A DNA stretch of 64,000 nt from an uncultured virus (IMG/VR IMGVR_UViG_3300030103_005599) (IMGVR_UViG_3300030103_005599); one strand, 5' to 3'; positions 19,306-32,300 are shown, counted from the stretch's first letter. The notes: generated from the letters alone by a model not told the origin. Translations and numbers: made by a program.

Positions 19306-19873
19306 ATTTTTGATTGTGTAACACTATTGTATTGTGTTTCACACCCTCCTGCCAACTAGAAATTTGATCACCCATAAAATAATTGTACTTGACGCTTTCA
19401 TTGTAGATATATCTATCTATGCCAGAATACAATCTCACGTAAAGATCACGATGTTTAATAAATTTTTCAAACACATGCCTTTGGTCACTCCATCTCATTA
19501 TCGATGAATTAACCAATGTGTTCTGCGTAATCCTAAATTTAACAGGTGTCTTCAGCGATTCCTGTTTCCAAGCACTGCTGTTGACTAGAGTAAGTCCGTC
19601 AAAATCATTTGCTAGAAAATCTATGTTATCGTTGATGACAATATCTAGATCAAAAAATAGACACTTGCCTGTGTTCTGGAACAAAGACAATTTATGGAAC
19701 ACACCTCGTAGTTCTGGGTGTGTAACAGGTGTGTCGTAATCCTTTTCTGGTCTATCCGTTAAGCAATGGAATTTGTGTTCGAGTGTAAGATGTTTTGCGA
19801 CAGAATCCTTTAACTTGCTGTCAAAGTCTCTGGTGTATTTTGTTCCAACATTAACACAATAAACATCAATCAT
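19298..19873 (-). CDS. Putative glycosyltransferase-like protein, paralog of 17232-17942
   Basis: VGTKY, FHCLTD, KLSLF, LFFDLDIVI, NSSIMRW; start set at MIDVY (19873). Confidence 0.55.
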   Translation of the reverse strand: MIDVYCVNVGTKYTRDFDSKLKDSVAKHLTLEHKFHCLTDRPEKDYDTPVTHPELRGVFHKLSLFQNTGKCLFFDLDIVINDNIDFLANDFDGLTLVNSSAWKQESLKTPVKFRITQNTLVNSSIMRWSDQRHVFEKFIKHRDLYVRLYSGIDRYIYNESVKYNYFMGDQISSWQEGVKHNTIVLHNQKYV

Positions 19874-20336
19874 CAAACTCGTTGTAGGTAACCAACAATT
19901 CAAGAGGAGTCTGTGCAGATCTCAACTTGGATTTCTTTGCTTTGTCTGTTGATCCTTTTACTTTCTCTGTTTCAAAAATTTCAACCTTTGTTGTAAACAA
20001 CATTTCTTTGCACTGCGGATCATTAGGGTCAAAATTAAGAATACTTTTCACGAAATCTTCTACTGATACACGTTGTTTCAAATCAGTTTTGGCCTTGATG
20101 CCTGCATCAACCACATCACTTAACTGCTGTGCGTATCTCCTGTTCCTGGCTATCGTGGCTTCGGCAATTTTGTCAGTGCTGTACTCTGCTATAAGATCTT
20201 TGAAATCTGGATTGTTGTAGTCAACAGGTAGATAATGATTGATTGCTCTCTTGCCATCCTCGTAAATTATCTCAACAGTGTTGTTTTCTGAATTGGCAAA
20301 GTATGCCTCTATAATTTTTCCGCTGAATATAGCCAT
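19866..20336 (-). CDS. Hypothetical protein
   Basis: 156 aa, AAAGGA RBS, first gene after a sigma70-type promoter. Confidence 0.75.
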   Translation of the reverse strand: MAIFSGKIIEAYFANSENNTVEIIYEDGKRAINHYLPVDYNNPDFKDLIAEYSTDKIAEATIARNRRYAQQLSDVVDAGIKAKTDLKQRVSVEDFVKSILNFDPNDPQCKEMLFTTKVEIFETEKVKGSTDKAKKSKLRSAQTPLELLVTYNEFDD

Positions 20337-20359
20337 TGTAAATCCTTTTTTGTTGTCTT

Positions 20360-20388
20360 ATTGTAACAAAACACTGGAAAAAAGTCAA
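20360..20388 (-). promoter_or_regulatory. Sigma70-type promoter TTGACT-N17-TACAAT
   Basis: Plus-strand agtcaa 20383-20388 and attgta 20360-20365, 17-nt spacer, in the only gap ahead of the enzyme cassette. Confidence 0.7.
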
Positions 20389-21324
20389 TTAAGATTTCTG
20401 TATTTTAAAAGTGTAGGTATTCACAGTGTTTGGCGTTCCGTCTGGGAATTCCTGTGCCCTGTAATCACTAGATCCAACAAATCGTGTCTGGTAATTACCA
20501 CTGCCGCCTGTCAATCTTGTGTTTACTATTGCACTTCCCCTTGCGTTACCGATACTACCGTCTATGTTGTAGGACAATTGGTAACCATCAGAAGAGTTCA
20601 CTACCTTGTTCTTAATGTATTCTTGAAGTAGTGCTCCTATCTCTGCTGTCGAATACTGTTTTAGGTTGTTTGATGAGTCAATGAATATAGGTGGATTGTA
20701 TGTTGGTTCCACTCCGTCAATAATGTGCAAGTAGTAATTTGTAATAGTGGTTGGTTGATCAAGTGTTTCCTCAATCTCACTGGCAGAATATGCCGAAGTG
20801 TCTGCCCTTGTGTCTGTGAATATCGGAGTGGATGACACTAAAGTCGAACCAGTAACTGATGTTGATGTCGCTATATGGTATGTGCCTGCCTGATCCGAAG
20901 TTGTTGTACCTAATACTAATTGATCGATAGTTGGATGCACAAAAGTGTCTATGAAATCTTGTTCGGTCATTGCCTGAACCTGCGTTCCGTTCCAATAAAC
21001 TGGAAAAGTTTTACCCGAATCTGATGTGGTAATATTTGCTGTGCCTGTTACTTGAGTAATTCTTTGATAACTCACAGTCACTTCCGATGGCTCTGCTGTT
21101 GTGGATTCACTTGGAAAACTGCCTGATGCCGTTGAAGCCGCACCTGCCTGCAATCTTGTATCGTCTATGCTGGTTAGGTTTCCTCCAGAACCAGCCACTG
21201 TCAAAGTTCTTGAAGGTGATAAAGAATAGTAATATGCACCCAAAGTGTAAAGGTTCTCAAGGTCTGATGTCTTTGCTTGTTGAAGTTGTGCGCCGTTGTA
21301 TAATAAAGGTTTTCTAACTGCCAT
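20389..21324 (-). CDS. Putative virion structural protein
   Basis: S/T/G-rich, follows fibre gene, YRAQEFP.G C-terminal motif. Confidence 0.6.
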   Translation of the reverse strand: MAVRKPLLYNGAQLQQAKTSDLENLYTLGAYYYSLSPSRTLTVAGSGGNLTSIDDTRLQAGAASTASGSFPSESTTAEPSEVTVSYQRITQVTGTANITTSDSGKTFPVYWNGTQVQAMTEQDFIDTFVHPTIDQLVLGTTTSDQAGTYHIATSTSVTGSTLVSSTPIFTDTRADTSAYSASEIEETLDQPTTITNYYLHIIDGVEPTYNPPIFIDSSNNLKQYSTAEIGALLQEYIKNKVVNSSDGYQLSYNIDGSIGNARGSAIVNTRLTGGSGNYQTRFVGSSDYRAQEFPDGTPNTVNTYTFKIQKS

Positions 21325-21370
21325 ATGTCTCCCTAGTATACGCTATATTAAGGATATATTCAACCATTTA

Positions 21371-22588
21371 CTACGCTCCTGCGCCGTTGATGGTCTTTAA
21401 TACCGCTCCTGCACTGCTTAAAATTTGTAATTGTGTTGGTGTGGCCATCATCGCCGCCGTCACAGTGCCTGAATCACCTGTTGTTACAACTGTACCAGAC
21501 ACGTTTGGTATGGTAATTGTTCTGTCGGCTGTTGGGTCTGCAACAGTAAGTGTTGTTTCGAAGTCGTCATCTGAGGAACCTTCGAATATGATAGTACCAC
21601 TTTGTGTTAGTGTGATGCCGGAACTTGTTACAGCACCTGTAATTGGTCCTGTAAACGCTGTTGCATTCACTGTACCTGATACATCCAGTTTAGTTGTAGG
21701 CGAAGTTGTTCCTATACCAACTCTGCTTTCAGCGCCGTCGATTGTCATTACAGTGGTTGTCACTGAGCCATCGTTTACTTTGAAAGTTATGTCTGTGTTG
21801 TTTACTGTGTTTTGTATGTTGATACCTGTTCCGTCGACTGTAATAGATAGGTCATTGTCAGCACCAACTGTCATACCAGAGTCTGTAACAATACCTAGCG
21901 TTCCTGTTGTTGTGTCGTTCTGGTCTGACCTTAAGAAAGACGCCGCCGCAACTCCACCTAAAGCATCAGCATCTGTGGCAGTGCCGTGTAGTTTAACTCC
22001 TGTAGGATTTGTTGTAAAAGTAATTCCTTTTTTGACTGTGGCAAAGCCTGTGATACTGCTTTGCGGAGTAAATTCTATGTCAGAAATGATTGCAATCAGT
22101 GTACCGTCACTGTACCATTTTGTAATATTTCTACTTGTCGCAGTGGAATCCGTAATTGCTTCGAAAACAAAACCATTTAGTGTTCCTGTGGTAGATGGTG
22201 GACCGACCAACACGTTCTGTGATCCGTCCCAGTAAAAAAGTTGTCCCAGGTCAGAGTCAATCCAAAGGTCACCTTGTTGTATTCCCGAAGGTGTGTTTGC
22301 TTGATAAGGTACGTTACCACCTGCAGGAACAAAAAGCGTTCCTGTGTACACTTTTAATCTATTGTTTGTTGAATCGTAGTAAAGTTGTCCTTGTATGGGT
22401 TTAGATGGTTCAGTGTCAGAACTGAAATTTTCTAAAAGGTGTAAAAAGTTTTCTGCTATAAGTTCACCATATCCTGCATATCCCTTACCTATGAATGATA
22501 AGTCAGTCTGTGTATTAACAACACCATCCTGTACTGTGTACTGGTTAGGTGACGCAGAGTTGTTACTTTTGTTTACTGTGTATGCCAT
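21371..22588 (-). CDS. Tail fibre/baseplate-associated protein, paralog of 9446-11068
   Basis: IGKGYAGYGE..ENF.HLLENF; GTATDADALGG...FLRSDQND; VGIGTTSP; FEG...DDFETTLTVADPTADRTITIP. Confidence 0.7.
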   Translation of the reverse strand: MAYTVNKSNNSASPNQYTVQDGVVNTQTDLSFIGKGYAGYGELIAENFLHLLENFSSDTEPSKPIQGQLYYDSTNNRLKVYTGTLFVPAGGNVPYQANTPSGIQQGDLWIDSDLGQLFYWDGSQNVLVGPPSTTGTLNGFVFEAITDSTATSRNITKWYSDGTLIAIISDIEFTPQSSITGFATVKKGITFTTNPTGVKLHGTATDADALGGVAAASFLRSDQNDTTTGTLGIVTDSGMTVGADNDLSITVDGTGINIQNTVNNTDITFKVNDGSVTTTVMTIDGAESRVGIGTTSPTTKLDVSGTVNATAFTGPITGAVTSSGITLTQSGTIIFEGSSDDDFETTLTVADPTADRTITIPNVSGTVVTTGDSGTVTAAMMATPTQLQILSSAGAVLKTINGAGA

Positions 22589-22591
22589 TTA

Positions 22592-23317
22592 CTAGTATCC
22601 TGTGTTGCCGCCTGACGTCGTTCCACTGACTGTGTTCGATGTTGTCAAGTTAGTCGAACTTGTTTCAGTGAATGTTGTCAAACTTTGAATTCTTAAAGTG
22701 TAATCTATTTGAATTAATCTGTTTAGAGATTTTTGCACAGGGTGAAATATAACGTGTGTCAATAATTTATTAGAAGCACTGTTTTCAGAACCTTCAAATG
22801 ATTTCAATCCTAGTTCATCAAACACAAAATCACCGTTGAAATTTGTTGTGTTGTCAAAAGACTCCTGCCCTGTTGGCTCACCGTAGTCCAATGTACAAGT
22901 ACAAACTATGTCAGTAAACTTGTTTCCTGTCACATGTCTTACTTCCATTTTGTTACGTGTTGTGTCCTTGTTAGTGCTTGAATTGTCATCAATCACTTTG
23001 TAGTAAGTCTGGTTATAAAGAGATGCATTAGTACCTGTTGAGTTTGGCGTCAAGTACGTAATAATACCTGTTGGGTCAACTGATGTTCCACCATTTCCAA
23101 AAGCCATCTCATGAATAAATCCGTTTGACTTATTTGCAAGGCTGTTTGCCATTGCCTGTGACATGTTTTCGTAGTGTATTGCGTTTCTTTTGTCTACTAA
23201 AACTTCACCTGTTTCAGGATCGAAAATTTTGATATGCCCTGTCATCATAACACCTGTGTGCTCGTTAGGCTTTTTAGTATCTTCTTTTGATTCTGTCTGT
23301 TTGTTGTCCTGTGTCAT
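22592..23317 (-). CDS. Putative baseplate/tail structural protein
   Basis: GHIKIFDP..KRNAIH, FDELGL, THVIFHPVQKS; position after wedge gene. Confidence 0.55.
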   Translation of the reverse strand: MTQDNKQTESKEDTKKPNEHTGVMMTGHIKIFDPETGEVLVDKRNAIHYENMSQAMANSLANKSNGFIHEMAFGNGGTSVDPTGIITYLTPNSTGTNASLYNQTYYKVIDDNSSTNKDTTRNKMEVRHVTGNKFTDIVCTCTLDYGEPTGQESFDNTTNFNGDFVFDELGLKSFEGSENSASNKLLTHVIFHPVQKSLNRLIQIDYTLRIQSLTTFTETSSTNLTTSNTVSGTTSGGNTGY

Positions 23318-23326
23318 CTAGTGTAT

Positions 23327-26300
23327 TTATTCAGGTGCATTTGTAGGCTCATCCGCTATGAATTTAGCCTGTGCAGTAGTTGATCCTTGTAATCCCTTGC
23401 CGTCGCCAGGATTACCATCAGCCGCTGTTGTCCATACCTGTCCTCTCTTGTGTAGTATTTTGATCTGTTCAGCGTCAGCAGGTGCTGTTGTGAATGTCAC
23501 AGCAGTTGTGCTTCCGTCCACAGAATAGTTGATTGTTGAACCGTCCTCGCTAGTGAGCAACACTCGTTGGCCACCAATGAATATGTCTAACTCACTAGCA
23601 GAAGCCGGTGTTTGTGATAAAGTGAACACTGCCGTGCTACCATCACCCGTAAAGGTATTGGTATGTACTGTGTCCACATAAGGTATGGTTTGAGTTCCAG
23701 ATGCGTCTACCACTTCTGCACCTGATCCATGCTCCTTAATTCCTGTTCCAAGAGTACCACGCTGTAATTGTCCCAACGTGTTACCTGATTTGGTAAAATA
23801 TTCTATTCTTTCTTTGCCTATAAACACCACACCTGGCGTCCTGTCACTGATCGTGCTTCCGTCAGTTGATATAGTGAATCCAGGTTCTGCAAGTTTTGTG
23901 CCATCTGCCACAGTAATTGTTGTGTCTGTGGTTTGCAGTGTCTCGGTCAATATTGTAGTGTGTGTTTTAGATATTCTTCTATAAAAAGTTCTGTTCAACA
24001 TATCCTTGAATATTCTGTATCCAATTGAATCTGTTGCCGATTGCAATGCAAAGAACATCACATCTAGTCTGTCACTTGTTGTAATAGTCTTGCCATGGAC
24101 TGTAATTTTTGGTCCATCCAACGCAAAGTTGAACGCAAAGTCAACATTCTGCGTAAGTTGAATTCCGTTCAACCAAACATACATGTAAGTTGAATTCAAC
24201 GGCTCGTCATGCAAGAAGAATTCTCCATTTGGTCTGCCTTCTAATACTTCCCTACGATATTTCATGCCAAGTGCATTATTAAAAGTTGTAACTCTCATAG
24301 TGCCTGACTTGTTGAAGCCGTCTGTATGCATTTGTGCCGTGTCTAATACCAACACAGGTGAACTAGGCTGATTGTCTATCTGGTAGTGTTTGTCAACTAA
24401 AGTTGTTATTGCAACAATGTCGCCTGGATTTGCAGGTGCGTTTGTACTTACAGTTTGTGCGGCCAGGTCAACAGTGTAGTTGCCGTTTGGTAAGGCACCT
24501 TCAGATAATTTTCTACCGTTGTAGTGAACTTCTATTTGGTTTGTGTTTGTAATAATTTTCGCAGGGTCAACTGTTGAACCATCGCTCAATGAAGATGCAA
24601 CACCGTAGGTGTATGTGCTTCCGTCGCCTTTGTAATAAGTTGTGTCAGGTCCTCTCAAAACTTTGCCATCAAGTTCGATTATGCACAAACCGTGCATTGG
24701 TGTAATAGACCCTGGCGGGAACGTCAATGCATAATTGGTAGTTGACTCATCATAAGTGAAGTCTTCTGATCTGATCTGTGCCACACTCCTTGTGGTACTT
24801 GAACTTTGGAATCCTGCAATCTGTATAAACTGTCCCGACGTCGGTGCTGTTGTAAAAGTAACAATAGCAGTATTGCCAATTATTGTTGTAGATCCATCTG
24901 CGTGTTCAGGATCTGTATATGTTATTGTGAGGTCCGTAGTAGGCACACCATCTACTGTCACATAGATCTCAGAGTTAGTGGAATCTATATTGAAGTCTTG
25001 TCTTGCCGATGTTGTGTACACAGTTGTAGAACCGTCACCTGTGAATGTGTCCAGCACTCTGTAATTTACACCAGATATTGCAAAAACTTTTGTTGATACT
25101 AAAGCACCGCTTCCTGGTGCAGTTGTAAATGTAATTGTTTTTGCACCTACATCAATTGTGTAATCCTCTACTGTTGACCCATCTATCTGTGCTTTTTTAG
25201 TCACTCCATCTACTGAGACTTTGACCGACGCCAACGTTCCAGGATGATCACCCAATGCAAATGTTGTTGTGCTACCATCGCCATGATAATTTCTGTCAGT
25301 GATCAAAGGCACACCACTTTCAGGTGCAGTATAAACCTTTATGTCCACTGTGTCAAATATTTGTCCCGGCACAACTTCTTCAGGTGCGTAACTTGTTGTG
25401 GATGAAACAAAAGCATCTCCGTCAACGTTAATGTCACTTGGTGCTGTACCCAATGCACTGCCATACAATCCGTTCTTGGTGAACAAACCACCTTTGATAA
25501 TGCTGTCTAAAGTTCTATCATCAGTAGGCGTCAACACACCATCGTCGTCTGCAGGTATGAATTCTATCAAAGCATTCTCGTTTGGTGTTGCGCCAGTCAA
25601 GGTGTAAGTTGCCTCACTGCCTGTTCCAATAAATGTATCTGAAAGTTTTGTACGTTCATCACTTTCTGTCTTATAAACATGATATACCACTGACGTTTCG
25701 CCTGCGAAAGTAAATGCTTTTGTAGTACCGTCGGCGTAAAATGCTCTTACCCTAGATACTCCATAGTTGTCCCATGGATAGTCGTACCATGCAGATTCAT
25801 CCCAGCCTTGACTCTGTTTGAAAAGTAGTCCCGTTACCATCGTGCCACCATAGTCAACTCCTGACATGACCTGTGACAACTCATTGCCTGGCATGCCATC
25901 TGTTGGTGTGTAGAATCCTTTTATCCTATCAGCCGCTGTTAATCCTGTCTCGTCGCCGTAATATTTTGTCACTGCACCTTCGTTGTCATCAAAGTCTGTA
26001 GTAGATGTAAACTCGTTCACTGCTTTGTATAATTCATTCTGGTATCTAATTTTAGCGCCATACTTGTAAGTTGTGTTGGCCGCCCAGTCAACCACAGTCG
26101 ATGTGCTTGTTATCCTGTCAAATTTTATAGTTGTATCAAAATCCCTGACAAGGTCATTGTCCAGGTTTGCGTAGGCTTTTGCGGCATCACTTGGTGCCGT
26201 GCCATCGTTCATACCGCCAGTAAGCGTCACAGTTGGTGTGGATGTATAACCAAAACCTATACCTGTCAATGTGATAGAAGTGACCACTCCTCCAGTGATA

Positions 26301-29300
26301 GTAGCAGTGGCAGTGGCCTGTGTGGTTGCACCTCCGCCGCTGATTGTGACTGTTGGTGCTGTCTCGTAACCAGAGCCACCTGCAAACACTGTGATTGATT
26401 TCACGTGTTTAGTGTAATAATCGTACCACAATTGCCATGGATACGTTGTGCGTTTTGCTGTGTCGTATGTTGGGTTAAACTTACGTATCTTGCCAGTCGT
26501 CTCGTCATAGAATGGTGGATTGTCAAAATCAGTGATAACACCATCGTGTTGTTCTGGTGCATAGTAACCCAATTTGTAATTCCTTAATTTTGTATGGAAA
26601 GGTTTTACTTCATTTATGTAACTTTCTATCCAAGTGTCAGTGCCTTTTGTATATGTTTTTCTGGTATCCAATGATCGGACACTGTTAACAGCAGTTATGA
26701 AACTAGTCTTGAACATCCAATCCACATAAGTCTGTTCCTCAAGAACTTTTCTTAAACCCACAAAGAACAGATTGTTGTATTCGATAGACAGATCGCCTTT
26801 GAAGAAATCTTCTTTCAATGCTTTCAATACTTGTCTAGTTTCTTGGTTGGGCTCTTGGTCAAAAGTGTTGTCATCAAAATTATCCTCGCCTGCGAATCCT
26901 GTTGCGTCCTGGCTGTAATCATATAATTTTGTGCTTAATTTGAAAGTTCCATTTTCTGTTCCAACGTTTGTCCAACCTGTACTTGTTTTCATGAACAGTT
27001 TCCATCCGCCTGTGTCGGCGTTTGTCACTTTGACATGCTTACCTACAGCAAGGTCAAGTGCGTCTAGTTCGTATTCAAAAGTTACCTGTTTATCGATAGG
27101 AGTATTTTCACTATGGATCATCTCATGGATAGCAGGATCAGTGCCGTACCAGTCTGTGTAACTCCAATATTTCGAAGTATTGTAAGTTTGAATTTTTGTT
27201 CTATTAAACTGTGTGCCATCCCATTGGTATATCGCCCATAAGTCATTGGCAGTCTCGTCTGCTTTGACCAGATAGTTTACCGAGCCCGATATATCAGCAG
27301 TATTGATGTAAGTTAGGTCTGCGTATGTGTCGACAGATGCGTCCCACTCTCCACTCTCTACTGTAGGCTCAGGGTCTTCACTGTTCAAATTATCGAGGCT
27401 GACTTGTCCTGCCAATTGCGTTTTCTTTATTACGCTGTTAGCGTAGTCAATAATTTCTTTCAGTGCTTCAAGCCTGTCAACGTACCAACTTTGTCTTGGT
27501 CTAATGCTGTTTCCATACCTGTTGTATATAGGTAAATTGACATCAGGCACAACATCACCTGCACTGTTTTGTCCGCACAATGAATCCCACCACTTGGTTT
27601 CGATTTCGGCATTAGGCCTCCAATCCTTATCGCCCTCTCTTGCAAGTTTCCATACGCTGTGTGCATCTCCCTCGAAGTCATTCTTCCTTATGTCAATATT
27701 CAAAACGACATCAGAATTAATTAATGGAGATAATTTATTAATCATTATTTTATTAGTATCTGTTGCCGCATACCATTGCACTGCACCAGATCTAGGATTA
27801 GAAATTAGATTGGCAACATAACCTGTAGTATTTTTCCTATGAACCACGCTGTTTCTCGGTAGCGTGTTTTTGTTTTTTACCCAATAATAATAAACATCAA
27901 CCAAAGCGTCCAACCTGGAGTCATACCTTTGTGCCACACTGTATTGTAGGTTTGCTATTCCTGATATACTATTATTGTTGCCGGTTTCCGAACCAACTAG
28001 GCCATTCCAATCTTCAGGCAAAAGGCTAGATTCTGTCCATTCATACACATCAACGCTTGAGCCAGGAAATAATTTACCCCAGTTGTTGACTTTGTATTGC
28101 TGATCGTCTTGCTCGTACCAGATATATTTTATTTTTGTTAGATCCCACCATACTTCCCCTATATGATCTTCAAGCCAAGGTGTTTTAATATTGCTTTGAT
28201 CTCCTGTGTTGTAAGTGGCAGGATCCCAAGGTGATCTGTAATTTATTTCTCTATCTGCCTGTCCAAGTATTCTGCCTTTTATTGGATCATAAAGATCGTA
28301 GTAATTTCCTATTTGTTTTGTACCGTTATTGAAGTCAAATACCTGTCCTAATTTTTCAATGTCGATAAAGTTTGTTTCTGTTGTTAAATTTTTCCAAGCA
28401 TACTCTCCGTCTGTGTTACAATCGTACTGATGTACTGTTCCGTCATTAGTTAGATCAGGATTGCCTTCATCGTTCGGAGAACCAATAAAGAGATTGTTGG
28501 CAGACATGCTGACGCCTCTTCCAAAATCGTCAAACGAGGACACTTTTGTTGATACTAACCTATCGTCTAACACATACTGTGAATTGTATATTGTAGCAGT
28601 ATAAACAGCACCCGAACCTTCGTTTGTGTCCACAATCCTTGTGTCTTGTAAATCAAAAGTTGTTTCTCCTGAATCGAATTTCATTTCTCTAGGGTTTGCA
28701 GATTTTTCGGCGCCAATTGCTAACCTTGTTCCGTCTTGTGTCAACGACACACTTGATCCAAATCTTACGTTGTCTAGTTTATCAGGAGCATTAATTGTTT
28801 GTTGTAGCGTATATGTGTTAGTAGAACCATCCGCGTTCCATTTGTATGTGTAAACTGCTCCTGCGTCCACTTGTACGTCGTCAACTCCTGTTGCACCAAT
28901 TATAAGTGTTGTTCCGTCTTTGCTCATAGCAATTGACTCACCAAATGCAGTGTTCAGCGTTGAACCATCTGATGTAACTCCTGTCAATGTTTGCACATGC
29001 GTAAATGTGTTTTGTGTGCTGTCACCGTCTGAAGCACCTTGCCTAACAAATATTTCTACTTTTCCAGCGTTGCCAGGTGCTATTGAACTCACTGCCAATA
29101 TATCACCATTATCATTTGTTTCAAGCCTGTGTCCAAATCTCTGAGCCGACCCGCCCGCTGGCGACATTATCGATGCGTCCTGCGTCCAAGTATCATAAGT
29201 TGATCCATCAGCACCTATTCCCCATGTGTACATATAAACCACACCTGTGTCATTTGAATGTCCAGGGGCAGAAACAAACAAGTATTTCCTTGCTGTGCTT

Positions 29301-32300
29301 CTTGTTGATGCATCGGTCGGTTCGGCAATCTTGTGCGACCAACCAAAATTTAAATTTTCATTTTCAGTCGAACCATCAGTTGGTGGTGTCAACGTGTTTA
29401 GTATTCCATATTGATATCTGTCAGGATTCCATACGTACACCTTGATCAGTCCTGCATCTATCTGCCGTGTACTGCCGTCATTGTCCAGTGTGTTTGTATA
29501 TGGTGCACCAGCAACAACAAAGTTTTCATCTGTGCTTATTGATAATGACTCTCCCAATCTGCTTGTATTGTCATCGTTCTCTGTCATTGTTGCAGTTGCC
29601 TGCGTCGAAAAAGATGTCCCTGCGTTGTGTGACGTCCTGAATAGGAAGTGTACTTCTCCTTGCCCTTTGCCAGGTGCCGATACAACAACTGTCCTACCAT
29701 CGTTCCTAGCCACAACACGATATCCAAACTCTTGGTTACTTGTGGTAGTGTTTGGCGAATTGATAATTTTTTCAGTATATGGATCCTGTTTTTCGTAAAC
29801 ACGCCACAAACCAGATGTGTCAGCATCTGCAAATACCTTATCGCCGGGAATTTCAAGTGTGTCGTTTTTATCCTTATATTCTGAATATGCCAGCCTGTCA
29901 TTTACATTGTCCATCGAATTGATTCTTACTGAAATAAATTTGTAAATGTTGCCGTAACTGTCTGCCGTCGAACCATCTGCTAATGTAGGAATAAAAGTTG
30001 TATCGTCGTCGTATTCCACCAACACACTATCGTGGGTAGGAACACTAGCAACACGGTAGACTCTGTTTAATGTTGTGCTTTCACTATTTGTTATTGCAAA
30101 ATAGTCCGCGGTTGTTGTGGCACTGCCAGCGGTCAGTCCATGTGAATCTGTAAATTTAATTAACATCTGTGTGTTATTGATGTTTGGTTGTAACGAGTCA
30201 ATCTTAAATCCTGAAAACGTCATTCTAAGCACGTCCCAGTCTGCATTTTCTTTGCTGGCTACCCAAATAAGATCATTTCTTGATACTGACTCAACATCAA
30301 GTGACAACAGATCCTGAATGTAAAATGCTGTATGTTGCACTTGTTGGACCTGAGGATAACCTGCTGTCTTGTAAATCTGCACATTGTCCCTGTCTTTGCC
30401 TGGTTGTGTGAAGTCATAACGCTTGAAAGTGTCTGACGCTGTATATTCTAACGGTTTGTAGTAAAAATTATCCTTGAACACTCCTACCGATCTCACATAA
30501 TCTTTTGAAAAACTTTCTGTGTCAAAAAATTCTAAACTTAAAGGGTCTGTGTTGATAGTTTTGTCGTCTAAGGTAACTTGTATATTTTCTATACTGTCAA
30601 GGTTACCAAATTGTCCTGTTCTTATCATCCAGTCTGGATAAAAATTTAAAGTAATATCTGAGTTTTCATACTTGGCTTTAAGAATTTTGTCTATTGCACT
30701 CTGTGTGCCTTTCTCTCTAATGTAGCCTTGATAGAATTTGTATTGCGAAACATCATTTACAAATAAGTTTTCTAGGTAGTCCCTGCTCTGATAACCTATT
30801 AATCTTTGTGCAAGTTGCTGTTGAGATTCATCAAAATTATTTGTCTCAAGATTATAGAAGTCATTAAACTGTGCAATCTTGTATTCGAAGTTAGGAATAA
30901 GTTGCGGCGCCGGTTTGTCATTTTTAAGCACCCAATTATCGCTAATAAACTTATCGCCTGCATTATGATTGACGGACGCAACATAAAACTTACCTTGATA
31001 TTCAACTGCGTCGCCTATTCTGTAATCTGTATTTGCGATCCAGTATGTAACTTGCGCCGCATCAAATACAAACCCAGGTGCATAATAATCGCCATCCCAG
31101 TTACCTGTCTTCCAACCAACCACTTTTAATCTTTGTTGCCTGAACCCTGTAAATGGATCATATATCACATCGGAGAACACTGTGTTGTTATCAAATATTA
31201 GAATATGTTCTTTCTGAACAGTGTTTAATTCGATGTTATATAAACCAATATCTGCCGACTTCATTGTAAGATCAAAAGTTTTTCCTAAACGTTTTGTGCT
31301 TATCTCTCTGATGTCAATTTTTCTTCCGCCTGCATCAACAATGCTATAATCTCCTGCCAGGTTCCTCAACTTGCCAACAATGCTGTTGTTGGTGTCTAAT
31401 TCAAATCCGTCCGCGGCAGGTGAAACTGTTATTGCCGATCCAGGTGCCCATTCCTGTGTGGTCCAGAATAAAAACTCTCTAACAGCATTTGTCCAGTTTA
31501 ATGTTTCTTTTATCTCTTTTGAAAATTTATTAAATTTAAAGCCTTCTGATTCTAGATAATTTCCGTATCCCAACAAGAAATCTGCAACGTCTTGTACAGT
31601 AGTGAAAACATATCCATATGGAATAGTCTGTACTGTTTCTTGATAATTTGTGAATTGATCTACCCCAACCGAACCTTCAACTTTCAAAGAAGATTTGGTC
31701 GATGTTTTTACTGGATAATTGAAGTTGAAAAATGGTTTTGTTGTTGAATATCCTAAAACTTTAAACCCACCAAGTAGTGACGACCCGTCAAGTGATGTAT
31801 CAGTATTTTTTTCTATCAACACACCAGAATACTGAAAACTTTCAACTGGGTTTGATGTCCTAAAGTTTATTTTATAGTTTTCGTCCGGTATAAATTTTGA
31901 TCCTGCTGTTGAACCCGGCGAAACAGAATCAGTCAAAACTTTAATATTATCCTTGTCTGTAAAACCTCCCAGTTTGTAAACCAATTGAATATCAAGATTC
32001 TTCATCTTGTCGTAATAGAATGCCTTAGGATCCAACCCTTTGCCTGTCAAATAATTTACTACAAAAACTTGATATCCTGCTGTCATAAATCTCGTAGTGA
32101 CTCCTGTCGTTACGTCTGTTTCTGTTTCTAAATGATATTTGGCTTTATTAAGATTAAATCTTATTCCAGTATCGGATGATATTTTGTTACCTGCCGAGTT
32201 TATAGATAATCGAGATACGTCAAATAGGTTCTCAAAGAATTTTGCAGGTTTTGTAATAGCCAAAGTTTTTAAAACACTGAACGGATATGCACTAGAACGC

